Positions 18,878 to 35,333 of a DNA stretch of 64,000 nt are shown one piece after another; position 1 is the first letter of the stretch; the number at the start of each line of letters is the position of its first letter. Below the pieces are notes generated by a model. The model worked only from the letters and a program-made list of their open reading frames with translations. It did not search any database and had not been told where the DNA came from. This stretch comes from the human T2T-CHM13v2.0 reference genome, Homo sapiens, in assembly GCF_009914755.1 (NCBI RefSeq), contig NC_060933.1; one strand, written 5' to 3'. A program made the translations under genes and the position numbers.

Positions 18878-19817
18878 GCTGTGCACAGAGATTGATGTAC
18901 GAAGACGCCCATTGAAAGCATGGCATGTGCTCATGCACCCTGATGAATCAATTATCCAACAACGAGGGCTGATTAAATAAATGATGAGGGTCTCCAGGAT
19001 GATGATGTACCGTGCAAGGGCACTGTCACAGTTCATGCCACTGACCACCGAGACCCCTAGGAGTACATGCAGATGTATGATCAAAGGAAATTCTCAAGCG
19101 ATGATAAAAAAAGCAAGTCTTAGGTGTCTCTTCAAGGCTGTGAGCCCCGAGCACAGACAGCACTCACCGCTGTGACACACTGGCGTCTCCCCGATGCTGA
19201 GAAGCCCTCTGTAAATATCTTTTGCTGTGGAATTCCATCCTGAATATAGTCTTCAATTTGGTCCGGTGGGGGAAAAAACAACCTGAACCTCCCTGTGGCC
19301 CTCTGCTTGTATCCACACACACGTGCATGTACACACTCATCATTCACATCCGTTTCTTCACTTAACATATCTTCCCCAGGAGCCGGGGACACAGGCACGG
19401 CAGAGAACGGCACAGACCGAAATCCCGGTGCCCCTCAAGTGCACATCCTAGGGGGACACGGGCAATGAGATAAAGACACAGAAGGTAAAGGGGGTCTGCA
19501 CACTGACGACCTCGAGGTACCTTGCTGGCCTCTTGAGAACTTGGCCTTCCTCCAAGCAGGATCAAAGCCACCTGAGGGCTTCGCACACAGGGGTGATGGG
19601 GGCCTCTGACTCTGGGTGGGGAGTGACCGTAAGGGCCCAGGGTAGACTCAGGGATCCAGTCGGGAGGTACTGCAGTGACCCAGGGCCTCACTGCAAGGCG
19701 CTTGAACAGGAGTCCCAGAGCGCCCGGAGCCCGGCCTGGGTCAGCCTCCGCATGGTGATTCCTGGAGGGGTTGATGTTTCTCTTGTGAGCTCTTGTGAGC
19801 TTTCCTGTAGTTTCTAA

Positions 19818-20152
<335 letters not shown>

Positions 20153-21559
20153 TGAGCCACTGCACACGACCTAATCTTTGTATTTTTAATAGAGATGGAG
20201 TTTTGCCATGTTGGCCAGGCTGGACTCGAACTCCTGGTCTCAAATGATCAGCCTGGCTGGGCCTCCCAAAGTGCTGGGGTTGATTTACAGGAGTAAGCCA
20301 CTGCACCCAGCCTAAAAACATAAACAAGTTTTAATTCAAGCGATGCCTCTCCTGGGAAGCCTGCCTGGATTCTTACCAGCCCCAACAGATAATCCCTCTT
20401 TGGACTGCCTTGAATTAGAAACAGTGCAACCTTCCAGCCTGGCCTGCCTGGAAACCTGTTCCCAACCGCAGCATCCTCCCAGGATACACACACAGAGGCC
20501 CAGGAATCCCCTCAATCCTGTGGATTCTGCCTTCCCAGGGGGTCCCCAGGTTCGATCCCTGCCTCGCAGACCAGCATCCAAGGCGGTGAACAGCAGGTCC
20601 CTCTGTCCACTGTCATCATTGCCTGCCCTCATCCTCACCCTCAAGGTCCTCACGCACCAGGGAGGTTCTCAGAAGCCTTGAGACATTAGACTCATTAACC
20701 TGTTTGTCGAGGGAGCCCCAGGAGGTCCTTGGTGGGCCTGTCACGAGAGATGGGGGAGCCCAGGTGGGCAGGGCACAGCTGCCATCACCTGCCATGGGCT
20801 TCCTCCTAAGAAGGTGTGTGGGGTGGGAATGAAGGCTTCTGTAACATGAGATCTCACTGACATATCATGAAAAGAGGCCCCCAGATTGCTATCCTGTTCC
20901 CTGGGCCTTGGGTCTACATGAATTCCAACTGCTCACTCAGAGCTCGGGAGAAGATGCTCCAGACAGTGGGCCCCAACTAGGGCAGCTTCAGCTTTGCAGG
21001 CCTGGACCTTGGCCCCATTCACTGCCCCCAAGAGGAAAAAGTCCTTGCCTGCCTCCCTGAATCGAGGCTCTGGGCCCCCCAGGCTTCTGCTCAGTGCCCT
21101 CTGCCCCCTAGACCACAGACAGCCGAGGCCCACCCTTCCCAGTGCCCCCAACTCCAGGGTCAGGAAGGAGGAGACAGCCCCCAGGAGTTGAGCTAAATCT
21201 GGGGGGAGTTGGGAGGAAGATGGGCTGCAGGCGTGGGGGGCCACAGGCGTGGGGGATGAGGTCAGGAAGAACCCCGCCAGTGCCTGAGGTCATCTTGCAC
21301 TCGGTACCAATTCCCACTCTGCCTCTGGTCAGTTCGGAAGATGCGATCAACCATGAGGTGCTTTAGCCAGGCGTGGTGCACACATCTGTGGTCCCAGCTA
21401 CTCAGGAGGCTGAGGTGGGAGGATTGCCTGAGCCCAGGAATTCAAGGCTGCAGTGAGCTGCAATGGTGCCACTGCTTTCCAACTTGGATGATAGAGCCAG
21501 ACTCCCCCCGCCCCCATCTGTTAGAAAAAGAAAAGGATGCGGCTGGGCATGGTGGCTCA

Positions 21560-21815
<256 letters not shown>

Positions 21816-22339
21816 TCAGAAAAGAAAAAAGAAAACCATGAGATGCCCTCCCTGCCTCGCTGGCCTACTGTGCTCCACTGCTGCCCGGGAGATGGGCCCT
21901 GGCCCCCTAGGGCCCTGGCTGTGGAGCCAGAAGACCTCTTCCTGGCCCTCCCCATCCCCGAGGGTTGGGTCTGATCTTGGGTGGGAGCAGCACAGGCCTC
22001 CAGGGCCTCCTTCTCTCCCTTAAAAAATTCAATGGGCTCCTCATAGCAGCCCAGACACCATCCTGGGTACTGCCCCTCTCTTCTCTCCCCCGCACCTGGG
22101 TCCTCCAGCTCCTGGGCGAGTAGCCAGGGGACTGTCCAAGCCACTGGGGAAGCAAGAGCCATGCCACTGCCCACTGTGTCCACTGCCTGGCTGTCCACAC
22201 CCCCTGCCCTCCCACGGCAGAGCCAGAGGTCCTCTTAGGAAACAAAGCCAGCCATGCCAAGCCCATCCCGGCGTGACCCACAGCCCCAGACTCCCTGATA
22301 AGGGCCAGAGGCTCGTGACCCCACACTGCTGATCCCTTT

Positions 22340-22850
22340 AGCCCCTCCCACACTTACACCTCATTTCTATGCCCATCTGTCTCCCACCCCCACCTCCCTT
22401 CCATACCCACCACTCCCCGACACCCACCCCCAACCCAGCCCAACCCAAGCCTCCCTTCCATACGCACCACTCCCACAACACCCTCACCCACCCCACCCCA
22501 CCCTGTCTTCCTTCCATACCCCAATCCTCCCCCACACACATCCCCAACACCCACCCCACCCCACCCCTCCCTTCCATGTCCCAATCTTCCCCCACAACCA
22601 CCCCGACCCCTGCCCCTCCTTTCCATACCCACCCCTCCCCCACACTCATCCCCAACACCCACCCCACCCCTACCCCTCCCTTCCATATCCACCCCTTCTC
22701 CACACCCCCCACGCCTCCCTTTCATACCCCATCCCTCCCCCATCCCCACTCCCTCCCCCTACCCCCACGCCCCTCCGTACATCTCCCCTCCACACCATCA
22801 ACCCTCACACTTTTCCTCCCCAACTTTCCCCACCGCCCTCCACTTCCCAA
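22340..22850. repeat. C-rich degenerate minisatellite, about 55-bp unit, about 7 copies
   Basis: Recurring CTTCCATACCC...CCCCACAC...CACCCCACCCC with anchors near 22398, 22455, 22511, 22571, 22620, 22681, 22720. Confidence 0.85.
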
Positions 22851-23898
22851 GCTCAAGGTGGAGGGGTCTGGGGAGAGCTGCTGAGCTCTTCTCTTTGCTC
22901 CTTGCTTTCTTGGCTTGGATGGTCCCCTTAAAACCGCTCTTTCACCCCCCACCGCAGGTGAGTTGCCCCCTCCCCAGGCAGCCGCTCCCCAGCAGGGGTT
23001 AAAAGGCCCCATCTGCCTCCATCAGGGCGCTGAGCCTTGGGGTCATCACGGGCGCCGTCCTGCGGAGCCCGCCCACCCCAGGCTGGAGCTGCATGCATGG
23101 GGACGGGGGGCAGGATGAGGTTGCCACCCCAGCATCGGGCACCACCCCACCCTGAGGAGGCACTCACAAGCCGACAGAACAGGGGCGGTGCCGGGCAGGG
23201 GACCTCATGGTCTCGTGGTCTCTGCGGCTCCAGTGTGGTGGGGGCCGCCTCCTTCACCCACGCCCCAGGTTCACAGTATTGCCATGGGCATCCGATGCCC
23301 CTGCTCACCTGGGTCCGGTGGGTTCCCAGCAGGTTATTTTGCCCACAGAGCCCCTCTTTCCCCAGGAAGGAAAATATAAATATAAAAGCGCACGCTGCTG
23401 TGGCCAGGCACGGTGGCTCACTCCTGTAATCCCAGCACTTTGGGAGGCTGAGGCAGGCAGATCACTTGAGGTCAGGAGTTCGAGACCAGCCTGGCCAACA
23501 TGGTGAAACCCTGTCTCTACTAAAAATATAAAAATTAGCCGGGTGTGGTGGCACATGCCTGTATGTAATCCCAGCTACTCAGGAGGCGGAGACAGGAGAA
23601 TGGTTTGAACCTGGGAAGGAGAGGTTGCAGTGAGCCGAGATGGCACCACTGCACTCCAGCCTGGGTGACAGAGTGAGACTCCATCTCAAACAACAACAAC
23701 AACAACAACAAGAATGCACGCTGGGTTCGCCTCCTGGATGGCCCCTGCCCTGGGATCTGTCCTCCCTCTGGCCTTACACTGTCCGAGCCCAGGGACAGCA
23801 GGCAAGTCACCTCTCCCCTGTGAGGAGACACCCCCTACAAGCCTCCTTCCTGTGAACCTTGCCTCTCTCATCTAAAAACCCTCACCTTCCTCATCTAG

Positions 23899-24133
<235 letters not shown>

Positions 24134-24348
24134 TAGCTCTGTTGCCCAGGCTAGTCTCAAACCCCTGGGCTCAGATCTTCCAACTTCGGCCTCCCAAAGT
24201 GCTTGAATTACAGACATAAGTTGGAAAAAAATCCAACTAGTATGCCCAGCCCAACGCTTAGCAAGCAGTAGGTGCTCAATACTGGATCGCGCCCTTCCCG
24301 TTTCTCTCCCGAGAGCCGCCGCGGCCCAAAAACAGAGGCGTCCCCTTA

Positions 24349-24363
24349 CCACCAGGGGGCAGT
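24349..24363 (+). promoter_or_regulatory. CTCF consensus site in a CpG-rich patch
   Basis: CCACCAGGGGGCAGT matches the CTCF core; lies in a CpG-rich stretch (about 24280-24900). Confidence 0.6.
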
Positions 24364-24961
24364 GTTTCCCCTCTCAGCTCCGAACGGGACCCGGGGCCTC
24401 ACGGCGCTTTCTGGCGGGGCCTGGGGTCCCTGCGCTGCTGGAGAACCCCCGGCACGGCAGGTCCCATCCGTTAGAGGGGCTCCGGCCTCGGGGTGCTGGG
24501 AGGGGGCGTTCAGGGAAAGTGAGGCCGTGCAGCACAGGGGCTCCGCCCAGGGACTTTGGCAGCCCCGACTTTCAGACCTGGCCCCGCACTTCCGGGCGCT
24601 GGCCTCCTGGAGTCTCCGTGTCCTGGTTGACGGAGCTGATAATGGCAGCCCGCGGGCGGGGCAGCCCCGCAGGGAGGGGTGACCTGGCCGGGGCAGGATT
24701 TGGGTGCTCCTGGCTCACCTCGCCAGATGCCACCTTACCCGCCCCAACGGGAGGCAGGAGGCTGCTGCTTGCTGTGTGATTAACACCCAGCCAGGGCGCG
24801 TTGGTGTCTGCGCCAGAGATCTTGTCCCGCCAAACTGGCTGTAGACAGTCACCGGCAAGAACGCCCAGCGCGCTGGAGCATCAGGCCAGCTTGGGCAGCA
24901 GGGAACACCAGGAACGCGCAACCCAAGACGAGGTGCTGGGCCCAGCTGGCAGACACTTCCA

Positions 24962-24967
24962 TTTAAT
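24962..24967 (-). terminator. PTGES: PTGES poly(A) signal ATTAAA
   Basis: Minus strand reads gtcATTAAAtggaagtg, about 1.24 kb after the stop codon. Confidence 0.75.
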
Positions 24968-25003
24968 GACTAAAAATCACACATCTCAGGTCACGGGTCT
25001 AGG

Positions 25004-25008
<5 letters not shown>

Positions 25009-25054
<46 letters not shown>
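25009..25054. repeat. (AC)23 microsatellite in the PTGES 3' UTR
   Basis: Pure run; a second imperfect CA tract lies at about 26017-26052. Confidence 0.97.
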
Positions 25055-25057
<3 letters not shown>

Positions 25058-25327
25058 TTCCCCATCAAGGGGACATTTGCAGTTTCCAAACCTTGAAGAT
25101 ACTGAAGGGACCAGAAAGTTCCTTTGAGTGGCTGGTCACCCAAAGCTCCCGGTCCTCCACCCACTGCCCTTTGGAGGGACTCAAACCTTGGGAGGAGAAG
25201 GCTGAGCTTCCTGTGGGCCCCTCCCACCCACACCTGAGCCAGAGAGAAGACTGCAGCAAAGACATCCAAAGCCAACGGCAAGGGAAGCGTCAGCGGGGGC
25301 AGAGGAGCCAGCCCTGTCCTTGGCTCA

Positions 25328-25561
<234 letters not shown>

Positions 25562-26206
25562 CTACTAAAAATACAAAAATTAGCTGGGTATGGTGATACG
25601 CGCCTGTAATCCCAGCTACTCAGGAGGCTGAGGCGGGAGAATCGCTTGAACCCGGGAGGCGGAGGCTGCAGTGAGCCAGATTGTACCACTTCACTCCAGC
25701 TTGGGCAACAGAGCAAGACTCTGTCTTGGAAAAAAAAAAATACAGATGGCCAGGCTTGCCTCTAGATTGGCTGGGCCAGAATTTCTGGGGTCAGTCTGAA
25801 AAGTCTGCATTCTTAGCCCGGGATTCAGATGATCATTAGGTTTGGGAATCTTAAATAGAGTCTCCCTTCTCTCTTTTCACTGTTAGGGAGGGAGAGGGAG
25901 TGATGTTTTTGATGCTCTGTTACTTTAGCTGAAGGATTTTCTATCAATCTTCACAATCTGTCTTGAAATGGTTCCCATCAGCCACTTCGTGCAGGAATCC
26001 AAGGGGCTAAGAAACATACACACACACATACACACACACGGGCACACACACAGGCCCACTGTGCCCAGAGACCCACACGCGCAGCAGGCTGCCAGGAAAC
26101 CAGGACTCAGGGCCCACCACAATCTGGAAGGAACATCAAGTCCCCAGGTATAGCCACGGCGGCTCTTGGCCCATGGTCTGGTGGCCAAGGAGGCATCAGC
26201 TGCTGG

Positions 26207-26456
26207 TCACAGGTGGCGGGCCGCTTCCCAGAGGATCTGCAGAGCCATGGAGGCGCAGGGGAGCTGGGCCAGGGTGTAGGTCACGGAGCGGATGGGTGCC
26301 CGCAGCTTCCCCAGGTAGGCCACGGTGTGTGCCACACGGCCCACGAGGAAGACCAGGAAGTGCATCCAGGCGACAAAAGGGTTAGGACCCAGAAAGGAGT
26401 AGACGAAGCCCAGGAAAAGGAAGGGGTAGATGGTCTCCATGTCGTTCCGGTGGGCC
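26207..26456 (-). CDS. PTGES: PTGES exon 3 coding part
   Basis: Acceptor tcttgtctccccag| ends at 26457. (R)AHRNDMETIYPFLFLGFVYSFLGPNPFVAWMHFLVFLVGRVAHTVAYLGKLRAPIRSVTYTLAQLPCASMALQILWEAARHL*. The three exons sum to 152 aa. Confidence 0.98.
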
Positions 26457-28340
26457 CTGGGGAGACAAGAGGGGTGCGGTCAGCCAGGTATTAGCTTTGG
26501 GGCCATAGGCCCTTTTGAGAGTGTCATGGAAGCTGGGGGTGCTTTGACCCACTGGGGGTCATTTCAGGCATATCACACACTCAAATCCATTCACAGCCAG
26601 GTCAAGGAGATGGATACCCCAGAGTCCAGAAGAAGGCAGCTCCAAGCTTATGCTTGCAAGCAGCTGAGGCAGCGAGGCCACGTCATGGGCTGGGAGTCAG
26701 AGGGCTACTGGTCCAGGATGCTCTTACCATACCTCTATGGCTTGCCGGGACCCCACTCCTGCCATACTCTCCCCCACCTTCCTCTCTAGCCCTTGGATAC
26801 CAGGCAGGAAAAGTGGGACTCAGAGGTGCTGAGTGCTTTACAGAGCCAACGAGTGGAGGAGCTGGGATTGGAACCGAGTTCTGACTGGAGTTTGTGCTCT
26901 TTACCTCCAGGGCAGGGCTTCTCTGAGTCAGGCCTGAGGTCATCCTCCTTCTGAATGCAGCTTCCTGGGCCCCTCCCGAGTAGAAGGGGCTAGAGCCCAA
27001 GAGCAGGCCTTTGAAATGAATGCCGGGCTCTGTCTCCTTTTCCCCCTAAATCTAACTACCACCTGTCCTTTCAGGGACAATCATAACAAGATCCGCTCCC
27101 ACTCACTGGAGCCAACCGATGGCCAGCCCCCGGTGAAGCTCTTCATTTTACACATCCTTTCCTGCCTCTTTTTCTGTTGAAAGGAATCAAGCATGTGCAT
27201 ATGTGTGGTGGGGGCGGAGGGGCTCTGTATAACCCCACCATAAATAAATGACCAAGAAAGAAAACTCAGAAAACTCACCTACTTCTGCTGGTTCACATTT
27301 TCCAGACTCCTACTAATGGCCGGCTTCCTTTATGAAGGGTGGGGAGGTTGAGTCCCATAAATTAGAGACTGAATGAGCAACTAAACCCATAGATTGCCAC
27401 ATTGGAAGCTCAAATAAACAGGAATTCAGTGCCCAGGGCATGACCTCCCCCAAGGACAGGCCACGCGTGTGAGGTGCAGGAACAGAAGCATGTTCTCCGG
27501 GCCTTCCTGCTGACATACATTCCACCAATAACACCGTCTCCTCGGGCCAGGCCCAGACTAGCAGCACTGAGTGGGGACCCGCTGCAGGGTCCTCCTCTTC
27601 CCTCTCACTGGCAAGACGATTCTTGGGCCAGTGCGATGGTGTGTGGGCCTGACCAAAAGGAAAGAGGGGGCCTGGAGTGCTTGGCCACCCCACACTGTAG
27701 GAAGCTCTGCAGCGTGCCTGGGGTGGGGGTGGGCAGGGAAGGAGACATATGTGCAGAAGCCTGAATGATGAGAAGCTGGCCCTGCAGGGGAAAAGCATTC
27801 CAGGAAGGAAGACCAGTGTGTGCAAAGGTCCTGAGGTCACAATAAGCACAGCATGTTCAATGTGCAGAAAGGTGAGCCCATGGCTACAGTGCGGTGCACA
27901 AGAGGGAGTGAGGCAGATAAGAGAGGGAGAGGAATTCAATCTGAGTGTACAAAACTCCTGTAAACCCAGCAGGGCCTAGATCTTTCTCAGGCCAAACTCA
28001 GGACACAGCACCTGGCATCTGGGTCCGCATATCCCGAGACTGACATGAACCCCTCTTCTCCTTTTCCCCCAGATCCTGACCTTGCAACCCAGACACAAGG
28101 AAAGCAAGTCTGTGGCAGGGCAGTTCTCACCCAGCGGTGGGGAACACTGTGGCCTGCCTGTGTCTGTCAGAGGCTGGCTCTGGATAGATCCTGGGGTACT
28201 GCCCTCAGGGAAGACATAAGAGGGAGATTACAGACTCACGCCTGTAATCCCAGCACTTTGGGAGGCCAAGGCGGGCGGATTACCTGAGGTCAGGAGTTCG
28301 AGACCAGCCTGGCCAACATGGTGAAACCCTGTCTCTACTA

Positions 28341-28499
<159 letters not shown>

Positions 28500-28621
28500 T
28501 CAAAAAAATAAATAAATAAAATAAAAGAGAGGGAGAAACCAAAGACTGGGGCCACCTCCCTGTCAAGTAAGTCCCTTACCAGGACTGATGAGGAAAGGCA
28601 ATAGGTGTTCCTCCAAAATCA

Positions 28622-28771
<150 letters not shown>

Positions 28772-29182
28772 TTAGCTGTACATGGTGGTGTGTGCTTGTA
28801 GTTCCCAGCTACTCAGGAGGCTGAGGCAGGGAATCACTTAAACCTGGGAGGTGGAGGTTGCAGTGAGCCAAGATCGTGTCACTTCACTCCAGCCTGGGCG
28901 ACAGAGTGAGTGAGACTCTGTCTCAAAAAAAAAAAAAAAAAAAAAACATAAAACAAAACAAAAATCACTCCGTCCTCTGGCAATTGAGCTGTGGGTACCC
29001 ACATCCCCCTACAGGCTGATTAGAGGGACACCCTTGGAAAACCCATTTTTGATTATGTCCCAAAATGAGGTCTGCCTGTCACAAGTGATTCACAAGGGAG
29101 TGCCACCTGGATGAGGAGTTTTGTAATGTTTATTTGAAAGTTTCAGGAAAAGCACAACCAGCATATGCAACTCGTTCACTCA

Positions 29183-29530
<348 letters not shown>

Positions 29531-31366
29531 TCACAAACATAGCCAAACCCTGAAGAGTGGGTGAAGGAAAGAAGTTGGGGAACACAGGGTGGGAAGGAGG
29601 AACAAGACGGGAAGTTCATGGCAGACGTGGATCCTGCTCTGCCTGGCATGTCTGCAGGCTGGGGAGGAGCAGGCCTTGCAGAAAAAGCGGGGACTGAGCC
29701 CCACCTTCTATTTCCAGCCATTGGGCAGCAATTCAGCGGTCACCAGCGTGGGAGGAGAGGTGGTCAGGAGCTCTGACTGTCAGCCCCTGGGGCTGGCCCA
29801 GCCCTCCCTCACTCGTCTGGTCTGTCTCAAACCGCAGAGGGGCCCCTCCGAGGCCGCAGTGGCCAGGGACAGGGAGCAATGGAGACACCAAGGAATGATG
29901 GAAGAAAGCTCACCTCCCTCCTCCCACCTCCAGGCTCCAAACCGAGAGACATGGAGGCAGGCACGTACCACAGACGTGCTCGGGTGAAATGCATCATTCA
30001 AATAATAACCATTTTTTTAAGGTAAAAGCCACCCAAAGCAAATTCCTACTAGACTGGACTTGTATTGCCTCCTGCAGCATCAGGCCTGCCTTCACCCTCC
30101 ACAGACTTTTCCACACCAGCTGCATTTTCCTGCATAGGTGACAGCGGTGAGGACAGTGATCCCCAGATGGCCAGGACAGGGACAGCTGCTGGCCGCTCCA
30201 CAGGGTCTCCTCTTCTCTCCCCCAGCCCTGCTGGCATCCACGGTGGGGCCAATTTCCTTGACTTTGTATCAGGGTTGACGCAATGCAGTGCCTGCTTCGT
30301 TTCAAAGGCAGGTATACAAGACAGTGAAATCGCCTTCCCATAGAGGGACAGCCTCAGGAGCAGAGCCGAGAGTGCCAGGCCCCTCCTCAGAGTGCCAAGT
30401 GAGTGAATTCCTGGAAAGTGCTTACAACACTCCTGGACACTGAGTAGGAAGATCTTTTTTTTGAGACAGAGTCTCGCTCTGTGCCCCAGGCTGGAGTGCA
30501 GTGGCGTGATCTCGGCTCACTGCAACCTCCACCTCCTGGGTTCAAGTGATTTTCGTGCTTCAGCCTCCTGAGTAGCTGAGACTACAGGCGAGCCCCACCA
30601 CGCCTGGTTAATTTTTGTATTTTTAGTAGAGACAGGGTTTTGCCATGTTGGCCAGGCTCGTCTCAAACTCCTAAGCTCAGGTGATCTACCCGCCTCAGCC
30701 TCCCAAAGTGCAGGGATTACAGATGTGAGCCACTGTGCTTGACTGAGTAGGGAGATTTTAAGCAAGCCGCCATCTCCTCCATCGCCATCACCAGCCCTGT
30801 CCTGGACACCATCGCTAAAGCTCACTTCACCCTCTTGGCTTTGCCAGACTTTCTGACTGCCCTCAGATGCTCCGGCCAAATGAATCAAAAGCACGTTATG
30901 GGGCTGGGTGTGGTGGCACACACCTGTGATCTCAGGCTGAAGTGGGAGGATCACTTGGGTGCTGGAATCAGCCTGAGCAACATAGCAAGATCCCGTCTCT
31001 ACAACAATAAAAATTTAAAAATTAGCCAGGCATGGTGGCACGTGTCTGTGGTCCCAGCTACTCAGGAGGCTGAGGTGAGAAGATCGTTTGAGCCCAGGAG
31101 GTCAAGGCATCAGTGAGCCGGGATTCCACTGCACTCCAGCCTGGGCGACAGAGCAAGACCCTGTCACAAAAAAAAAAAAAAAAAAAAAAGACCGGGCGAG
31201 GTGGCTCATGCCTGTAATCCCAACACTTTGGGGAGGCCGAGGCAGGCGGATCACTTGAGGTCAGGAGTTCAAGACCAGCCTAGCCAACATGGTGAAATCC
31301 TGCATCTACTAAAAATACAAACATTAGCCAGGAGTGGTGGCGCGCACCTGTAATCCCAGCTACTCA

Positions 31367-31471
<105 letters not shown>

Positions 31472-32156
31472 TCAAAAAAAAAAAAAATTTTTTTTGAGTA
31501 CTTCGTGGTGCAGCCGGAAGGGAGTATTAGGCTGGAAACCTCCAGTTCTGCTGTGGTGCTTATTAGCTCCATGGCCTCAGGCAAATCTCTCTCACTCTCT
31601 GGGACTGCGTTCACTATGTACAAAATGTACATGCTGGATGACATCTAAGGGACTTCTAGGGCTGACATTTTGGGACCCAATTTCCTGACAAATCAGTTCA
31701 CTCAGTTTAAGTCTATACACTCCAAACAGAAATGCTCCAAGCTTAGGTCGCACGTTTGCCTCTCTTCTTTGGGACCACACAGGTAACCCCTCCGTGCAGT
31801 TCCACACACCCAACCTCAGATTCTGGCCCAGACGCACATTGCCGGGAACTCCGGATAGGTATCCTGAAAAGGTGGCTAGTCCCTGGCTTCTCCCAGAACT
31901 AGGCTCACATTTGGACTGCAGCATGTGCTAACCTGCAAGGCAGATTCATGCTCCAAGAACCAAGACTGAAGTGCTTTCCTATTTGACAGAAGGGTGACTC
32001 GAATCATACCATAAACCCTGGTCTAATATTTAACCAACTTTTGCTTCCAGGTGGTCTCCCCCTTCGGGTTCCAGCCAGTTCTCCGGTAGCAGACGGCAGG
32101 ATATAGAATTCTCTTAGTTCTGCACACTCAAGTTTCCATGAGGTTCTGTGAAATCA

Positions 32157-32896
<740 letters not shown>

Positions 32897-34079
32897 TCAT
32901 CCCATCCTTCTCCACTGTCCAGGAGGGCCGCCACAGCTGGGGACAAGAGTCACCAATGGAAGTCATGTATGGAGAAGGCTTTTGTTCTTGAAAGTACAGC
33001 CAGTGCTTAGCACAGTGTCTGGGATGTAGTAAGGGCTCATTAATGGAGAGACGGGCCTCATATGAAGGATTTGAAAGGGTAAAATAGCAAGGAATTTCAC
33101 TTCCTACATGACACAGGTCTGTAATTTTTTTAAAACCACAAGTGGACATATTATTGTCAATGGCCAAGAAAAACATAAGAAAAAAACCCACAGACTTTCT
33201 TTCAAGTGAAAGAAATTTGTATTATTTAAATGACAGTGTCCCACCCATTTCCGCCTGTGATGCAGGGGAATGTGTTGAGACCCATGAGACAGTTTGTCTC
33301 CGGCCTCAGCCTGTCCAGCTCTCCGTCCTCCCCACTTCCCCTTCAAGCTCTTCCGATGACCCCAACCCCTGGAGTGCCATCGCCTCACTCTCCAGCTAAC
33401 TGGTAAAAGATGGCAGAGCAGAAACTGCCAAAAAAATTTAATATTGACTGTGATTATGTGAAATTAGCATTTAGTCTCTGATGGGATTTTACGAAGCCAG
33501 TTTTTTAAGGATCTTTTGTTTTTTTTGAGATGGAGTCTCACTCTATCCCCCAAGCTGGAGCGCAGTGGCGCAATCTTGGCTTACTGCAACCTCCGCCTCC
33601 TGGGTTCATGCCATTCTCCCGCCTCAGCCTCCCGAGTAGCTGGGACTACGGGCCCGTGCCACCATGCCCGGCTAATTTTTGTATCTTTAGTGGAGACAGG
33701 GTCTCGCCATGTTGGCCAGGCCTGACCTCAAGTGATCTGCCGGCCCTCGAAAATGTTGGGATTATAGGCATGAGCCACCACATCTGGTCAAGAATAATTT
33801 TTTTAGTAACATTTACCAACATGGAAAGTGTTCGCAAAATAATGTTAATAAAAGAAAATCAGAACTCCAAATTGGGTGTACCTAATGCATGCCTAATTTT
33901 ATGGAAAATATTTAGCTATAGAAGACAAAGAGGAGAGAGATGCAAGTGTGAACTGTGATTAGAACTGTGAGTGGTTTTCCTTTCTGTCTCTGTGTTTTTT
34001 CAGTATTACCCAAATCGTCTGTAATGAGTTCTGATTTTTATAATGAGGAAATTCATTTTAATTGACCAGGGGGATGTTA

Positions 34080-34809
<730 letters not shown>

Positions 34810-35250
34810 TTAAAAAAAAAAAAAAAAAAAAAAAAGCATAGTACAGACCAGAGGATAAAGGGTGATTCTATGGGGCAGAACGGGAAAAGCGTGGCACACA
34901 TGTTTGTAAATGCAGCAAATCTCTGTGGGAAGATGCATGGCCATTGGCAGGAGTGTTTGCCCCTGGCCAGTAGAACTGCGTAGTGCCTGGAGGTCAGAGG
35001 TAGGAGGGAGACTGAATGTTCACTGAAGTCACCACCTTTCTCACTTTGTAATTATGAGTCATGACCACGTCTTACTTTTCCAAAGTTCATTTGAAATTAA
35101 ATCATTGAATAAAGTAAAACAGTCAGAGAAGATCAGGAACACAGAAAACCTCAGCCCCTGGGAGTCCTCCAAGTCCCCTGTGTGCAGAAGAAGTTCTGAA
35201 AGGGCAGGCCATGGCCAGGTGTGGCCAGGCCAGGGGCCCGAAGTACTTGC

Positions 35251-35333
35251 CTGAGGCAGCGTTCCACGTCGGGGTCGCTCCTGCAATACTGGGGGCCTCC
35301 GTGTCTCAGGGCATCCTCGGGGTTGGCAAAGGC
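35251..35333 (-). CDS. PTGES: PTGES exon 2
   Basis: Acceptor tatttcag| ends at 35334. 83 nt, AFANPEDALRHGGPQYCRSDPDVERCL(R), containing the MAPEG FANPED motif. The donor is CAG|gcaagt (GC type). Not in the ORF track. Confidence 0.96.

Noticed and set aside
22338-22884. Pro/His/Thr-rich and Gly/Val/Trp-rich ORFs
   Set aside because: Products of the C-rich minisatellite.
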